Assembly: GCA_951406725.2 (NCBI GenBank)
Contig: OX597818.1
Location: 141,918,001-141,982,000 of the forward strand
DNA length: 64,000 bases
DNA from: Octopus vulgaris
Taxonomy: Eukaryota
Direction: 5' to 3'
In this document: positions 1 through 13,890 of the stretch, one piece after another
Layout of the letters: the number at the start of each line of letters is the position of its first letter
Numbering within the stretch: position 1 is the stretch's first letter
Notes under the pieces: generated by a model
The model's database searches: none
Told to the model about the DNA's origin: nothing
What the model saw: the letters and a program-made list of their open reading frames with translations, nothing else
Program-made: the position numbers and the translations under genes

Positions 1-371
1 TGTGTGTATCGGCATATCCCAGAGTATGGTTGCTTTCTCGTTTTCTGTGACCTTTTCTGGTGTGTGCCTATACCATCTTTTTCTGTTGTTATTCCATAAT
101 ATAAGCATAGCTTCCAGTGTATGTAGGTCCCAACTCTGTCGTGTCTGTGAATATATTCCTTCTTAGCCAGGACTGGGCAGCCAGAGATAATATGATTTAT
201 TGTTTCTTGTCCATCTCCACATATTCTGCAGTTACTTGTTATATTTCTTTTCATTACATGTTGTTGGTAATTTCTAGTGGGGAGGCTTTGGTCTTGTGCT
301 GCAAATAAAAATCCTTCTGCCTCTACTTTGAGTCCTGAGCTTCTCAACCATTGCTGGGATTTTTCTTTGTC

Positions 372-372
<1 letters not shown>
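1..372 (-). mobile_element. 5'-truncated copy of R4/Dong-like RLE LINE family A (runs off the window start)
   Basis: Reverse complement is near-identical to ~36561-36940 (QWLRSSGLK.E.EGFL.AAQDQ, CRICGDGQETINHIISGC, WDMPIHT). The 5' junction abuts (ATT)n at ~372-450. Confidence 0.9.
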
Positions 373-434
<62 letters not shown>

Positions 435-450
435 CATTATTATTATTATT
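372..450. repeat. (ATT)n/(TAA)n microsatellite
   Basis: Read directly; lies between two RLE LINE fragments. Confidence 0.95.
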
Positions 451-454
451 CCTT

Positions 455-1320
455 CATAACACAGTGTAGGTAAAAACGCATCGGAGACTTTAGTCATTTG
501 TCAATTCACAGCAAGGACCTCAGACAAATGATACTTTCCTTATGATGTGCGCCGTGGCCATCAAGTCTGCTTTTTGCAAGACATAAATCTTACATGGGAT
601 TTCCAGCTGCCTTAAAAAGTCTTGAAGTTTCAGTGGGATTGAGCCCAACGCTCCGATCACCATTGGTATCACTTTTACATTACCCTCTCGCATTCCATAC
701 AATCTTGCCATTTCCGCTTTCATTTCGGAGTACTTGGTGATTTTTTCAACCCCTTTACTCACAGCATTGTTGTCAGTTGGTATGGCTACATCAATGATCT
801 GACAGTATTTGTCTCTCTTATTCAATATGGCAATATCCAACCGACGGTTTTCGATTACACGATCCGTCTGAAAATCATATTTCCAGAGTATCGTTACTTG
901 TACATTTTCCTGCATAACTTTACTTGGTACATGCTCATACCAGTTCTCTGTTACTTCATACTGGTATTTATGGCATAAATGCCAATGAAGATACACACAC
1001 ACTTTATCGTTGTGGTGCTTGTATTCTTTTTGTGCTAGGCTCTCACATCCACTTTTCAAATGGGTCACATTTTCCACACTCTTTCCACAGAGTCTGAATT
1101 TCTGGGTGTCAGAAGTTTTATAGATGTTATACTTCACTGATTTGGTAGCGAGAGCCTGGTCTTATGCAGAAATGATCAGGCTTTTAGTGGTACGCTTCAA
1201 ATCACCTCGCTCAAGCCATGCCCACGATGCTGTATTATCCTTAACATCCTGTTTATTCCTTTCAAACTGTCCATGCATTCTCATTTAAAGAAGGTCTTCT
1301 TTTCTCTTCTCCTAAGCACT
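455..1320 (-). mobile_element. 3' fragment of an RLE non-LTR retrotransposon (R4/Dong-like, family C)
   Basis: ORF 520-1137 shows a degenerate zinc finger (FRLCGKSVENVTHLKSGC), the endonuclease region RLDIAI..IIDVAIP and VIPMVIGALG..ATAHIIRKV. The 3' end runs into (TAA)n on the minus strand. Confidence 0.85.
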
Positions 1321-1335
1321 TTGGATTATCCTCCC

Positions 1336-1366
<31 letters not shown>

Positions 1367-1399
1367 ATCATCATCAACATCATCATCATCATATGAAAA

Positions 1400-1662
1400 C
1401 TCACAGCTTACTTTTCTGGGTTTGATGGAAAGTGTTACTTGTTTACTGTTTATACTTCAAAAACCCTACGAAGAATTCTTGCGTTCCAAGCAATACTGAT
1501 TTCTTTTAGGTGTTCAACCTTCACACTTGTACTAATTGTTTTCAGTCATGCTGGTAGTTGAGTGCTAATACTTCCAAATGTACCAATTACTACTGGTATC
1601 ACATCTACTCTCTTCATTGTCAACAACCTTCTATTTCTCACTTCAAATAGTCCTGGTTGTTT
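1400..1662 (-). mobile_element. Short 3' fragment of another RLE LINE (family D)
   Basis: Minus-strand translation gives RVDVIPVVIGTFGSIS...SVLLGT.RILRRVFEV* with stops and frameshifts. Upstream flank is (TAA)n at ~1663-1750. Confidence 0.7.
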
Positions 1663-1675
1663 AATTATTATTATG

Positions 1676-1750
<75 letters not shown>

Positions 1751-2358
1751 GCTGTTGTTGTTGTATTTTTGTTGATGTTGTTGCTGTTGCTCTTTTTTGA
1801 AAAATCCTGAAAATATTGAAATTGATATATGAAAATTGAATATTAATTTTCCCCTTCTTAATTAGGAGTATTACTAGACATGTCTGTACCGCTGAAGCTA
1901 TAAAATGTACAACACTGTAATCTCTCAGTTTCTGCGCTGGTACGTCTCTAGTTTTAAAACCAGTTGCTACATAGAATAAACATGTCCTTCTTAGCGCCAA
2001 AGCCGCCCGTCTAAATGAGTTTTCTCAGATAGAGCGGCGCAAGATCCCTACTACCAAATTCCCGACACTAAAATGTCCCTAAACTACAATAAAATAGAAT
2101 CGTTTCAAGTGGCTAGTAATCTTATTTAAAGATACCTTATTATTCAATATCTAAGCTAAAAGAGAATAGAACCTTAGTGCTTCCACTTTCTACTAGAAAC
2201 CAGTTCTCAATATTGATGTTATTAACAACACTTAAAAAAATGAATGCCCATAGCGTTTATAAACCTGCTCAAATTTTATAATCTTTGTTTCTTGTCAAAT
2301 CACATAGGAAATTCTCTGTTGATCTGAAACGCATTCAGAGTTCTCTTTATTATTACAG

Positions 2359-2516
2359 TGATCTCCCAAACAATAACCTTATGAAGTGTGGATGTCACTT
2401 GCCAGCCTTCGTTAAGTATATTAAAAAAGTCTATAACAGAAATGTGGCTGTCTCTGGCACGTGTCAGGAAGGCTCAGGGAAACGAATACGTATACTGGAT
2501 TATTCGCAATGTCAAA
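2359..2516 (+). CDS. Adhesion-GPCR-like gene, exon 1 in window: last LRR plus LRR C-terminal cap (LRRCT)
   Basis: tattacag|...|gtaagg; phase 2 in, phase 1 out. DLPNNNLMKCGCHLPAFVKYIKK..GTC..ILDYSQC fits the LRRCT CxC..C..C pattern. Confidence 0.75.
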
Positions 2517-2722
2517 GTAAGGAAAATTCTCGTTTCTTCTTTTCTTTTATTATTAATACTAAGAAAATCAGGGTTATTCTCTGAAGCTTGCAATATAATG
2601 TCTTATGAAACGGAAACTATAGATAAAGATATGAGGAATAAACGTTTTGCCATTCGAACGCTTTACATTCACATCTTCTCTCCAACGAACTTATAGATTC
2701 AAATGTATCGCACAAACCATCA

Positions 2723-2775
<53 letters not shown>

Positions 2776-3159
2776 GCGCGCGCGCACACAGACATACGCA
2801 AATATACATACGCAAACATTCACAACAGCGCACGCATGAATGTACGCTGACATGTACACACACATATGTACACAGACATACTCTCTAACCCTCTCTCTCA
2901 CGTACACTCTCTCTCATAACTACATAAGTATAGAACAAAAACAAGTCATCGAAGCGGTCACGAATGACAACAAAATGTCGCTAACAACCATAACTGGTTG
3001 ATAGGTTAACCAAACGGTTAATCAAACATTCATTTAGTTAATTCGTTAACAAATTGTTAACAAAGTAACGAATAATAACGTGAAATAGAACCAGTACGTG
3101 TGTTTTTTATTGGCTTAATGACCCTCCCGAGATACAAAAAAATGTTCCAGTATTCGATC

Positions 3160-3660
3160 CCCAGAAGAGGACAACTTGGTAACAAAGCCAAACACACTAT
3201 CTTCAGTTTGGTTTTCGTGCCCATTCTCATCTGTGGTCATGTATATTGGCTAACGACTGAAAGAGTCTGATCGCAAATAGAAGCGGCCGAAATGGGATTC
3301 CTCCGAAAAAAACTGGAGTAGCTTTACTCGACACAGTGTGTACCTTGGAGATGAGGGAGTCTCTCCAGATGGAGTCGGTACTTTTCCGTATTGTGCCACT
3401 ACATTTCCGGTAATGCGGACATGCGATTAGGATGTCACATGACAAAATCGCAAGATCGATTCTTTAAAATGAGGCAAAACAGCAGGGAATGTAGAGGTAG
3501 ACCAAAAAGAGATGGCTAGAAAATATCCATAGTCTCATTTGGTCATGCTTGAGAATTCAATCAGTATGCGTATTGGCAGTTGCCTCTGATAGTACCCTAT
3601 GCAGGAGGTACCTGAGGCACCGGATGTCCTCATGACCCTCCCAGGAATAATGAGCGTTGA
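3160..3660 (+). mobile_element. Degenerate RTE-like LINE 3' fragment
   Basis: Broken translation GHAIRMSHDKIARSIL..RGRPKKRWLENI resembles RTE C-termini. Boundaries approximate. Confidence 0.5.
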
Positions 3661-3825
3661 AGATGGTAGATGGATGGATATACAGAGTGTCGGTATTAAA
3701 TATAACGATTTTATGTCCCATTATATTAAGGAAAACGTTGTGTATTAGTAAGCAAAGGCGTTAGAGAGCATAAAGTTGTAGCTGAGAAAAAAGCTGATAT
3801 GGCGGACTGGAAGCCATCTAAATAT

Positions 3826-4031
3826 CCTTTGCTACTCTAGGCACAAGGCATGAAATTTGGTGGGGAGAGGGCTAGTCGATTGGATCGACCCCAGTACGCA
3901 ACTGCTACCCCGAAAGGATAAAAGGCAAAGTCGACCTCTGTGGAATTTGAACACAGAACGTGAAAAACAGACGAAATACTGCTAAGCTTTGCGCCCGGTG
4001 TGTTAACGTTTCTGCCAGCTTGCCGCCTTGA
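3826..4031 (-). mobile_element. tRNA-derived SINE with a 15-bp target-site duplication
   Basis: Minus strand reads GGCGGCAAGCTGGCAGAAACGTT...GTTCAAATTCC...GTCGACTTTGCC. Flanked by exact AAGCCATCTAAATAT at 3811-3825 and 4032-4046. Same family recurs at ~15850, ~16010 and ~17300. Confidence 0.85.
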
Positions 4032-5221
4032 AAGCCATCTAAATATTGGAAGAGAGAAACCTGTATTCATGATAATTCATGACGGTTACCACAATTCAGA
4101 CACCATCACTGCTGTTCAATGCTCTGGGAACACTGTAAAGTCAGCAAGACGTGACATGGACAGTTGCAGTAAATTCTATAGGATAAAAATCGAATAAGAG
4201 AGAAAAGTTGCTTCAGAAGATCAAATACCAAGACAAGAAAGGGCTAAATGCAGGCAAAACATTCAGTAATGTAAATTGTCTGAAAAAGATGGCACACTTC
4301 ATGAAGGTCAAATAATGTAAACGGTACAAGCAAAGGATTGGTACACATGGGTTAAGTGAGAAACAGAAAATGGCTGACGAAAGGAGAAAAGAAGAAAAGT
4401 GGTTTTATTCGAAGAAGAGTGAACACGAATGGAAAGGGAGAGAAGAAGGGTGCGGTATGTGTGCGTATAGGGGAGGTAAACTGTTGCAGTTAGTAGGAGC
4501 CAAGCAGTAGTGGGAGGAAAAGGGAGGAGGAGGAGGGGGAGAGAGAAGTGAGTGGTTTAGAGATACAAAGCAAAACGTTGGGTGCAAAAGTGAATGTGTG
4601 AGGGCAGCATTTGTGAGTATGGGTATGTGTGTGTGAGAGTGTGTATGTGTTTGAAGAGTGAGTGTGCGGGAATATGTATGAGTCTATGTACCAGTGTGTA
4701 TGCATTTGTATGTGTGTGTCAAATGTAGAATATCCAATGGGACAAAGTTGTGTGTATGTGTGTGCGTGAGTGTGTGTGCGTGTGTGTGTGTGTTTGTCTT
4801 TGTGTGTAATAAAGTGTGCAGAGAGTAACTGTGCTACCGAAGTGAGATGTGTAGGTAGAAACTGTGGTCTAGCGTGTGAAGTGTGTATAAAGTGTAAATG
4901 TGGGCGGAGGGACAAATAATGTAAGGATGTGGGTTGGTAAGAGTGATGCTGCGGAGGAGATAGAGGAAGAAAACGAGGTAGAGAGGTAAAGTATATATTT
5001 AGCGCTTAGCCAGGAAGACAATCAATGCTCATGATCATTCAGAAGGCTGCTGTGATTGGTTGGGGGAAAGTAGGAAGATATCCTGAAACCAAAGACCTGC
5101 CTTGATTGTTTACAACAGAGAAGACTCCGGCATAAACAGCGAAAGTTCCAAATGACAGACTTAAAATGGGGTCCGATTAAGAACATCACTCGAGAAAATA
5201 TATGAGTCAGTATGTATATGT

Positions 5222-5647
5222 ATGTACATACGCACATACATACATACATACATACATACATACATACATACATACATACGTACATACATACGTACGTACA
5301 TACGTACGTACATACATACATACATACATACATGCATACGTACATGCATACATACATACATACATACATACATACGTACGTACATACGTACATACATACC
5401 TACATACATACATACATACATACATACGTACGTACATACATGCATACATACATACATGCATACATACATGCATACATACATACATACATACATACGTACG
5501 TACGTACGTACATACATACATACATACATACATACATACATACATACATACATACATACATACATACATACATACATACATACATACATACATACATACA
5601 TACATACATACATACATACATACATACATACATACATACATACATAC
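5222..5647. repeat. (TACA)n microsatellite with TACG/TGCA variants
   Basis: Read directly. Confidence 0.95.
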
Positions 5648-6860
5648 TCATGGATGCTAGAAGCCATTCAGCTTGCTAAATTTCCAGTGAGCCATAATCA
5701 AAGCCATAGCTGACCTGATTCCATTGTGGGCAACCATCATAAAATTAAACACAAAGAGTGACTATTATCACTGACAGAATACAATATCGCAAAGGCATAT
5801 TCCAAGGGGACAACCTCGTTATGATGTTGTTTATACTTTCTGTAAACCTCATGTCATTCATGTTAAGGATATCTCATTGGTTCAAAGGAAACAGAAATTA
5901 CAAAATTGAACGCTGTTTCTTTGTGGATGACTTAAAAACTTTATGCAAAGAATATGGATGAGATGAAAAAGAGCCTTGACCAAGTTACAACATTCTCAAA
6001 AACTGTAAGGTTGGCGTTTGATCAGGATAAATGTTATATGGTTGTGAAAAGGGCGAAAAATGTAAACCAGACTAGCAACATCGCCATCAATGACCGGACA
6101 GTTTCCCCTATATCTGAAGAGGAATGTTACAGATATCTAGGGGTGGTTGAAAATATATCTCATAACAGCACCTGTAACAAAACAAGTGCTTTTTTACAGG
6201 TACCATTAACTTACAGGTGTCATTAAAGTATAAACAAAGAACATTACAGCTGAATAAATCAAATTTCGACCTCAGAAATCTATGCATTCAATAAAACATT
6301 GGCCCACAACGTGTTTGCTGTGCAAGTACTCATGCTGACATTTGGGCTGTTTTATTGGACACTTGATGAGATCCGAGCTGTTTATGTGAAAACCCGGAAA
6401 ATACTGACAAGTACACATAATTTCCACATAAACGGTGAAGTAGACCCCCTCTCCTTAAAACGAAAACAAGGCGGCAGGGGCTTAACATCGATGCAAAATG
6501 TCTTTGAATGTCGTATCATATCCTTTCGGTAACATCTTATAACCACAAATGTCAAAGTGCATCCCTTTACCAAGTTTGCATAATTCATATGACTTGGAAG
6601 GCAGCTCCTTGAGCAACATTCCTTATCTGATAACAGAATACATGCTCAAAGATGTCGCACGACTCTACCGCAACGTATCATTAGATGAACGGATGAGGAT
6701 CTATAAACAGAAGACTATGCATGGATATGTTGGTAGAAAGTTCCGAAATGATGGCAATATTGATGTTGTTGAAATTCCAATGAAGGAGCCGTAGGTGTAG
6801 GATAGAAACTCTCTCCTTCTCTATTGCCAACAAATCTTGAAATAACAGTGAATAATGATA
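5648..6860 (+). mobile_element. Degenerate RT region of an RLE (R4/Dong-like) LINE embedded in (TACA)n
   Basis: Motifs RKGIFQGDNL, FFVDDLK, YRYLGV and KRKQGGRGL, with many stops and frameshifts. TACA tracts lie on both sides. Confidence 0.8.
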
Positions 6861-7022
6861 TACATACATACATAATACATACGTGTATTATTATGGCTGC
6901 CCCCTTGTTACCGAGTATGGCCATTGCACGAAGCTTAACTGTTACTGGTGCTGTGATCGAATGTGACTTTTTAGCCCAGCTAAATATCTACAATGTATTT
7001 TACAGGATTGGCAACTAAAACC

Positions 7023-7023
<1 letters not shown>

Positions 7024-7054
<31 letters not shown>

Positions 7055-7093
7055 CATACATACATACATACATACATACATACATACATACAT
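7024..7093. repeat. (TACA)n microsatellite
   Basis: Read directly. Confidence 0.95.
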
Positions 7094-7586
7094 AAATGGG
7101 TGTATATTGGAAAAAGCACAATATTAATGATCATAATTTTTATTGTTTATCCAAATATTGTTTTGCTCACTTCACATATGGTCTTCTTCACATACTATAT
7201 GACATTGCAGCATAACTTAAATGAGATTCTCAGGTTTCATTAGGGAGTTCCCACTGCAACAATGCTTGCAACTTACAAATTTAATCCCTTTATTTGACTT
7301 GTTCAACGATTTTCACGTGTTTGTTACATCAGAATACTAAAAGGACAACAAGTGGCTTTCATGCTTCTCTCAGTTGAATTTGTGACATTATTGAAACGTT
7401 TCCAAATGAACATGAAAAATAGGTTTATAGTCTTTGTTAATAATTTGCTTTATATGTCTAACATGTATTGATTTCAATACTAACACGCATACATTTGTTT
7501 TTACATCTGAAAGAAACTATTTCTTGTTATTGCTATGCATTGCATTATTTGGTTCATAAATACAGATATTCACTTGTATTCTGTAG

Positions 7587-7672
7587 ATTACTCGTTATTT
7601 CAACGGAATTTACAGTGTCAAACATGTTCCGGAATGATGTGCAATGAAGTGACAAGCTGTCCAGGAGCAGAG
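7587..7672 (+). CDS. Adhesion-GPCR-like gene, exon 2: N-half of Ly6/uPAR (three-finger) domain
   Basis: ctgtag|...|gtaaac; phase 1 in, phase 0 out; YSLFQRNLQCQTCSGMMCNEVTSCPGAE. Confidence 0.8.
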
Positions 7673-9646
7673 GTAAACTGGAATATTACTTTCTTCCATT
7701 TCGTTAAAATATATCCACGCCGTCACGCGATTGTACTGTGCTTTCGCTAGTTTTTTTTATGTGCCTGCGTAGACATACACACACCCTGTCGATCTTCTTA
7801 TTCATGACTCAATGGGACGAGAAGGATGTGACGATAGAAGGGAGAAATAGATGAACATCCCTAGGTTGGGACACATTTCACTTGATTAGACTGGGACAAA
7901 GTGAAATGAAGTGCCTTGTTCAAGGACGCAACGTTCTACCCTGTCCAAGAATCCCTATTCAAGAAACGAACACACGAACTTAGAGTGACTTTTCTCCGAC
8001 AAACATGGCTGTCCTTAGAGTAGGATGCATGAATGTATGTGGCTATAAGTCAACTTGGAATCAAGGTTCCTTGTCGAATGACCTCGGGTCACCAACCTTA
8101 GAGGGGTAACTGGGTCACTAACCTTAGAGGGGTAACTGGAAGTCGAACCTGGCCCTACCAGTTCGCAAACATTACAGGGAGCGGATTGAATGAGTTAAGA
8201 AGCAAATGACAGTTTTCCTTCGTCTGCTGGACATAGCAAAAGAGGTTGTTTGATATACGAGGTTATGAAATATTCGAAACAGATTAAATCTTCCCTCACA
8301 TCAAGTAGTACAATAAGCTCTCCAGAACATAATTGGTGGGGGTCATATTGTTTCATAGAAAGGTAAAACCTATAACTTTAAAACGCAGCTAAAACACAAA
8401 TTAAAATTGTCAGGCACATCTCTGAATACACAGTTGTACATTGGTGAAAGAAACACAAGAGAAACAATAAAAGACACCGGTAATGACACAGATCAATGCT
8501 TCACATTAACTGAACTACGAGAATATAGGAGAATAGAGCGTGACATAAGAGCATGGCTGCATTCTGTTGCTTGTTTTATTGTCTGTTTTGATCTCAGACC
8601 TTTCTGTTTTCTTGAAGCTGAGTTAGCTTATGTAATGATTCATTCATTTGCAATCACAGACTCCATTGGCTCTTTTGAAGACGCCAGTCTACCGACACTA
8701 TCATTGGTTATTTTTTCATGACATCCTCACTCAGTTTGGGAGATCCAATTTTCTTTCTAAAACTTTTCCAACATTAGAAGAAACGAGTTTCAATTTCAAA
8801 CTAAGGCAACGCATATCTTATTTCTAACTTCAATGTCTACATTTTCATTGCTTTTATTACTGTTAGGTGTTTGCGATTATTAATTGCGTTTTCGTGATGG
8901 ATTCTTTTCTTTAAATATTCTTCTCCATTTCTGATATTTTTCGCTTTCAGAATGTCCCTTATTAAGTTAACAAGACCTTGGTTGTTTTCTCTCCAAATTT
9001 TATACTAATATACCGTATTTTCATATAAAATATACTTGCAAAATAAAACGAAGTTTCTCTTGTGTTCGTTTTATGTATTTTCTGTTTTATTTGCTTGGAC
9101 TGAGGAGTTCAATCTGACAATTATATTTCATTTTCATCTTTGGGTAAAGGCATATTAGTTTCTCTTGTTGGTGAGTTTTGTACGCATGATTTTCCGTAAA
9201 TTTTATATGAAAAATTCCTCTTGAGCATTCCTCCAGTAAGAAGAAATTTTAGAGAATTGATACATCTTTATTGGGATAATTTGACCTATTTTAAGTTTGG
9301 TGACGGGTGACAGTGCGATGCGGTTTTGCTAAAGACCGTGATCCGATGTCCATATCTACATGTGATCCGAGAGGTTTGAACACTGTAAGCATTTAAAACA
9401 TGATTTTTGAATACTAAATAGCAATAAATTTTACGGAATTTTACTTATGCTGTTAACTTTCAACAATTCGGCAACTCTTTTACGGTTTCATTTATTGCTT
9501 TTGGGTATTTTAAAGCAATGATTAAACTTACTTGCATGGTAAACATCCCCAGTGGTGTTGTTTCTGTTGTTGTTGCTGTAATTAGCAGTAATCGTACTAA
9601 TAAATATTGTTGTTGTAGTGTATAATTTTCATATCTATTATTACAG

Positions 9647-9830
9647 CCTGTATGCCGATTCGCAATATCAATGAACGGTGCTAAACTGAAGACTGAAAGG
9701 TCCTGCAGCACATACAGAAAATGTGTTGAAGCTATGAGAAACAATACCCTTACATGCAATAAACGGACGAATGGCACGTCTTGTACTGGTTGTTGCGTCG
9801 GACACTTATGTAACAAGAATGATTTCATTG
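9647..9830 (+). CDS. Adhesion-GPCR-like gene, exon 3: C-half of Ly6/uPAR domain
   Basis: ttacag|...|gtaagt; phase 0 in, phase 1 out. PVCRFAIS...TGCCVGHLCNKNDFI contains the CCxxxxCN three-finger signature. Confidence 0.85.
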
Positions 9831-10044
9831 GTAAGTGTTATTTATTGTCTAATATAACACTAACAAGTTTATTACAAATTGATAGTTAATAAGAACATTT
9901 TATAGTAATTAATATACTGGAAAATATTTTGATGTGTGTATACGTGTATATATATATATATATATGTGTATATACATTGTTTGCAATGCTCTCTCTCCCT
10001 CTCTCCCTCTCCCCTCTCTCTCTCTAACACACACACACACTCAC

Positions 10045-10340
10045 AGATGGAATCAAACACCACGACATGAAGGAAAAGAGTAAAAGAGAGCACTTTTGGC
10101 GAGTGAGCAAAATATTGGTTAGAAAGCTGAATGCCTGGAACATAATTTCGGCGATAAACTCGCACGCAGTCGCAGTAGTTCGGAATGATGCTGGAAAACT
10201 GGAGTGAACAGAGGAGAAGCTAAAGGAGTTGGACAGGAAGTCAAGAAAGGTCCTATCGATGTATGGAGCCAATCATCCACGTGCAGACATTGATAGCCGA
10301 TACACGAAGAGAGCGACAGGAAGAAAGGGAATGATAAGTG
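10045..10340 (+). mobile_element. RLE LINE internal fragment in intron (copy 1)
   Basis: GIKHHDMKEKSKREH..AINSHAVAVVR..LDRKSRKVL..HPRADID is homologous to the post-RT region of families A and B. Confidence 0.75.
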
Positions 10341-10636
10341 TATATATATATATATATATATGTATATATAATTATTATTTGAGTGAATAAAATCCAAACT
10401 TACAAGGGAAAAATTAAATTTAGAAATACTAAATCAAATTTCACACAATATAAGATATATATAAAAAATTAAAATAAAAAAAAAACTTTTATCAATTCAA
10501 AATGAACAATTAAATTACACCATCTAGAAAATTACATATAATAGAAATATAAAAAATAAATAACAATTAAATGTCAATGTTTAAGTAAATTGCAAATAAT
10601 AATAATAATAACGTATATAATAAGTAGAATAAGAAT

Positions 10637-10670
<34 letters not shown>

Positions 10671-10809
10671 ATACAATATATATATAGTATTTTTAAGTGT
10701 ATATGTGATTATGAATGTATATTTTTATCTACGTATGTGGGTTTTATGTGCATCTATGACGTGTGTCTCATTTATAAACGCAGCGATTATTTTCTATATC
10801 AATCCATAG

Positions 10810-10892
10810 GCTGGACCAAATCCCTCGTATTTCGTTTGAGTTTTAAAAAGTTCAACGAATATAAAATCCCTGCTGAGAACATATCAAGAGCC
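10810..10892 (+). CDS. Adhesion-GPCR-like gene, exon 4 (SEA-like region)
   Basis: ccatag|...|gtgagt; phase 1 in, phase 0 out; GWTKSLVFRLSFKKFNEYKIPAENISRA. Confidence 0.8.
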
Positions 10893-11261
10893 GTGAGTAG
10901 ATATCTGCCCTCTTTCTCTTTTCCTCCGCACACAGACGCGCGTGCGCGCACACACATGCATGGATCATGCGCACACATGCATACACATACGCACACTCAC
11001 GCACACATACACACACACATGCATATTTTATAGAAGAAATGTGAAACGTCAAATAAATAGTGAGGTTTCATGAAATTCAGACAATCAACTCCATTTACTG
11101 ATAGTAAACTATTACATAAAACTTTCTTTTTTAACTTACTGAATTTTTGCTGGTCAATAAAAAGACTGTTCTATCCACTATTTTGTCTTTATATATTCCG
11201 TGATATAATTTCCGATTCTGACAGTAAATAATATCCTACTCAAATATTCACTAATCTTGTG

Positions 11262-11312
<51 letters not shown>

Positions 11313-11812
11313 GAACATATGTAATCACACACTTCCTTTTGGTAATATTTTTCTTCTCAACATTTTCGTTTTCCTTTCTGACAAACCCTCTCATTTCCCC
11401 CACTTTACCGAGTGTCAAGCTAATATATTTATATATAATTATATTCTCAAACGCAGGATAATGCTAATAGTATAGCATGAACAGGATAAACTATTCACCT
11501 GTTGCCGAAAACTCTGTCGGCGGCCAGATTACGCGTCTTATAAAGCTAGATGTATATAGCCTAAATTTGCAGAAGTATTTGTCGTTCACGCAGTTTAGCT
11601 TAATGGTAAAGCACTTAAAGCGTAATCACAGGGGTGTGAGTTGTAGTCACATAGCTGGCCGCCGACAGATTTTTCTGCAAATTATGGATATTTCATCCAG
11701 TTCACGTTATATCATTAGCATTATCCTGCGTTTCAGAATAAAATTATTTCTTTATTTTTCAATACATCTCAACGCTTTTAAATCGAACTTAATTTCTTGA
11801 ATTTAATGTATG

Positions 11813-11872
<60 letters not shown>

Positions 11873-11884
11873 CGGCTTTTGCAG

Positions 11885-11937
11885 ATGGAGCATGACCTTT
11901 CAACCGTGACGGGAACATTTAGAGTTGAAGACTGTGG
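11885..11937 (+). CDS. Adhesion-GPCR-like gene, exon 5 (SEA-like region)
   Basis: ttgcag|...|gtaagc; phase 0 in, phase 2 out; MEHDLSTVTGTFRVEDCG. Confidence 0.75.
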
Positions 11938-12150
11938 GTAAGCAAATGCTTCTAACACATATATTCAAATATATTTGGTTTTGTTCCAAACATTCAATTT
12001 TATCGCATGTATTATATATCACAATAGTCAACAGTGTTGTACTTGTGACCCACGATATACTAATTCATACATTCAATGAAATGCTTAAATGTTTTATCAA
12101 TGTTTTATTATACAAAGGACTAACAAACCCATATAAAGATACAGAGAGAA

Positions 12151-12198
<48 letters not shown>

Positions 12199-12262
12199 TA
12201 TACATACCTCTCTCTCTCTCTCTCTCTCTCTAAATATATATATATATATATATATACTAGCA

Positions 12263-12309
<47 letters not shown>

Positions 12310-12348
12310 CGATTTTTTCAGAACTGGGGAACTTTCAAAATAGTTTTG

Positions 12349-12383
<35 letters not shown>

Positions 12384-13148
12384 TATATATATATATATAT
12401 ACACATACGCATTGAGTCGAAACAGGGCCAGCTGAAGAAGGGGAATATTCCTTGTATTGTTTGTCCTGTACTCTGTTTTTTCGTTGTTGAAAAAAGTCCG
12501 TTTCCTTGTTTGATTTTATGTTTTCGTTTCTCGTTGTGTTCTACGTTTATTTGTGGTGTCCTGTACTCATATATGCATGTATATATATACATATAGATGT
12601 AGGTATGTACATATATGTATGTATGCATATGTTTTATTCATTAAATTGTTGTATATATATGTATATATATATATATACATACATATGCATACACACATAT
12701 ATATACACACATATATATACACACATATATGGGTGTGTATATATATAAATTGAGGTGGGTATCTGCAATTTGAAACCAACAAGGAAATAATTCACAGTCA
12801 CTAAGTGTGAAAAGAGTGCAGTGAGCACCAGTATTATTAGAAATATTAGTCATAGACTCCTTAGCCACAAAAAGAGATATGGTCTCTTTGCATTGACAGT
12901 GGGGAGAACATTCCCCACGGTGAGCCAGATGGATTAGATTAGCATGGCAATTTCTTATAGGAAGTTAATATTCATCAGCAATGCTCACTCAATTACGGCT
13001 GGTGGAGGTTAACTCCCGCCTGTCAATATCATTGAGAATGTCATAGGAATTAGGGATTGATTTCACAAAATGGCAATGTGAAGATTATAAAATAATTAAG
13101 GTGGCTAACACACAATTTAAAACCAACGAGGAAAATTATATATATCTT

Positions 13149-13226
<78 letters not shown>

Positions 13227-13715
13227 GTATTTAAAGATTTATGCAGGGAGTGAAGACCTTCATGTGGATTTCTTAGTGGACGGATATATTCTTAAGGCCA
13301 ACTTTCAGTCACCCGCTTGTAGTTCGAGCCTCCTTCACTAATTCTGTTCTCAACCATACTGAATGCGGTTATTTTAGCTATGATGATCTAATCCTGAGCT
13401 ATATTTGAACATAGTGATAGAAAGCGATGTGAAAGACAGTGGTGATGGTGGTGGTGCGGAAAGTGATGAAACGTATTGATGGTGATGGCGTCAGAAGTCT
13501 GGATGGCGTGTGTATTGCAGATATGGTGGCGATGGTGGTGGTACTGTTGTTTATCATGAAGCTTTGCAATAAGTTCCGAGTCGACAAATTATATCATTGC
13601 TTTGATGAAAATTGTTCATTGCTTGAGAAATATTCATGTTTCATGAAACTTAATATGTACTCAATGCATGGTGTCATTGTTGGACCCAAGGATTAACAGG
13701 GCAGCTTTTAAACGA

Positions 13716-13761
<46 letters not shown>

Positions 13762-13890
13762 TACCAGTATATATATAGTAAAAAATATATTTCAATGTAT
13801 GTATATTTCTAGCTAGCTAGCTAGCTACATACATACATACATACATACATACATACCGACATACATGTATGTATTTATTTTTTATTTCAG

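Noticed and set aside
2195-2290. Possible additional LRR exon (..AFINLLKFYNL)
   Set aside because: It needs frameshifts and lacks a clean donor in the expected phase.
5022-5713. ORFs of YVCM/HTYI type, and poly-I, poly-Y, poly-R and YLSI ORFs elsewhere
   Set aside because: These are translations of microsatellites.
8086-8137. 26-bp tandem duplication containing TTAGAGGGG, superficially telomere-like
   Set aside because: Only two copies and no TTAGGG array; an ordinary local duplication.
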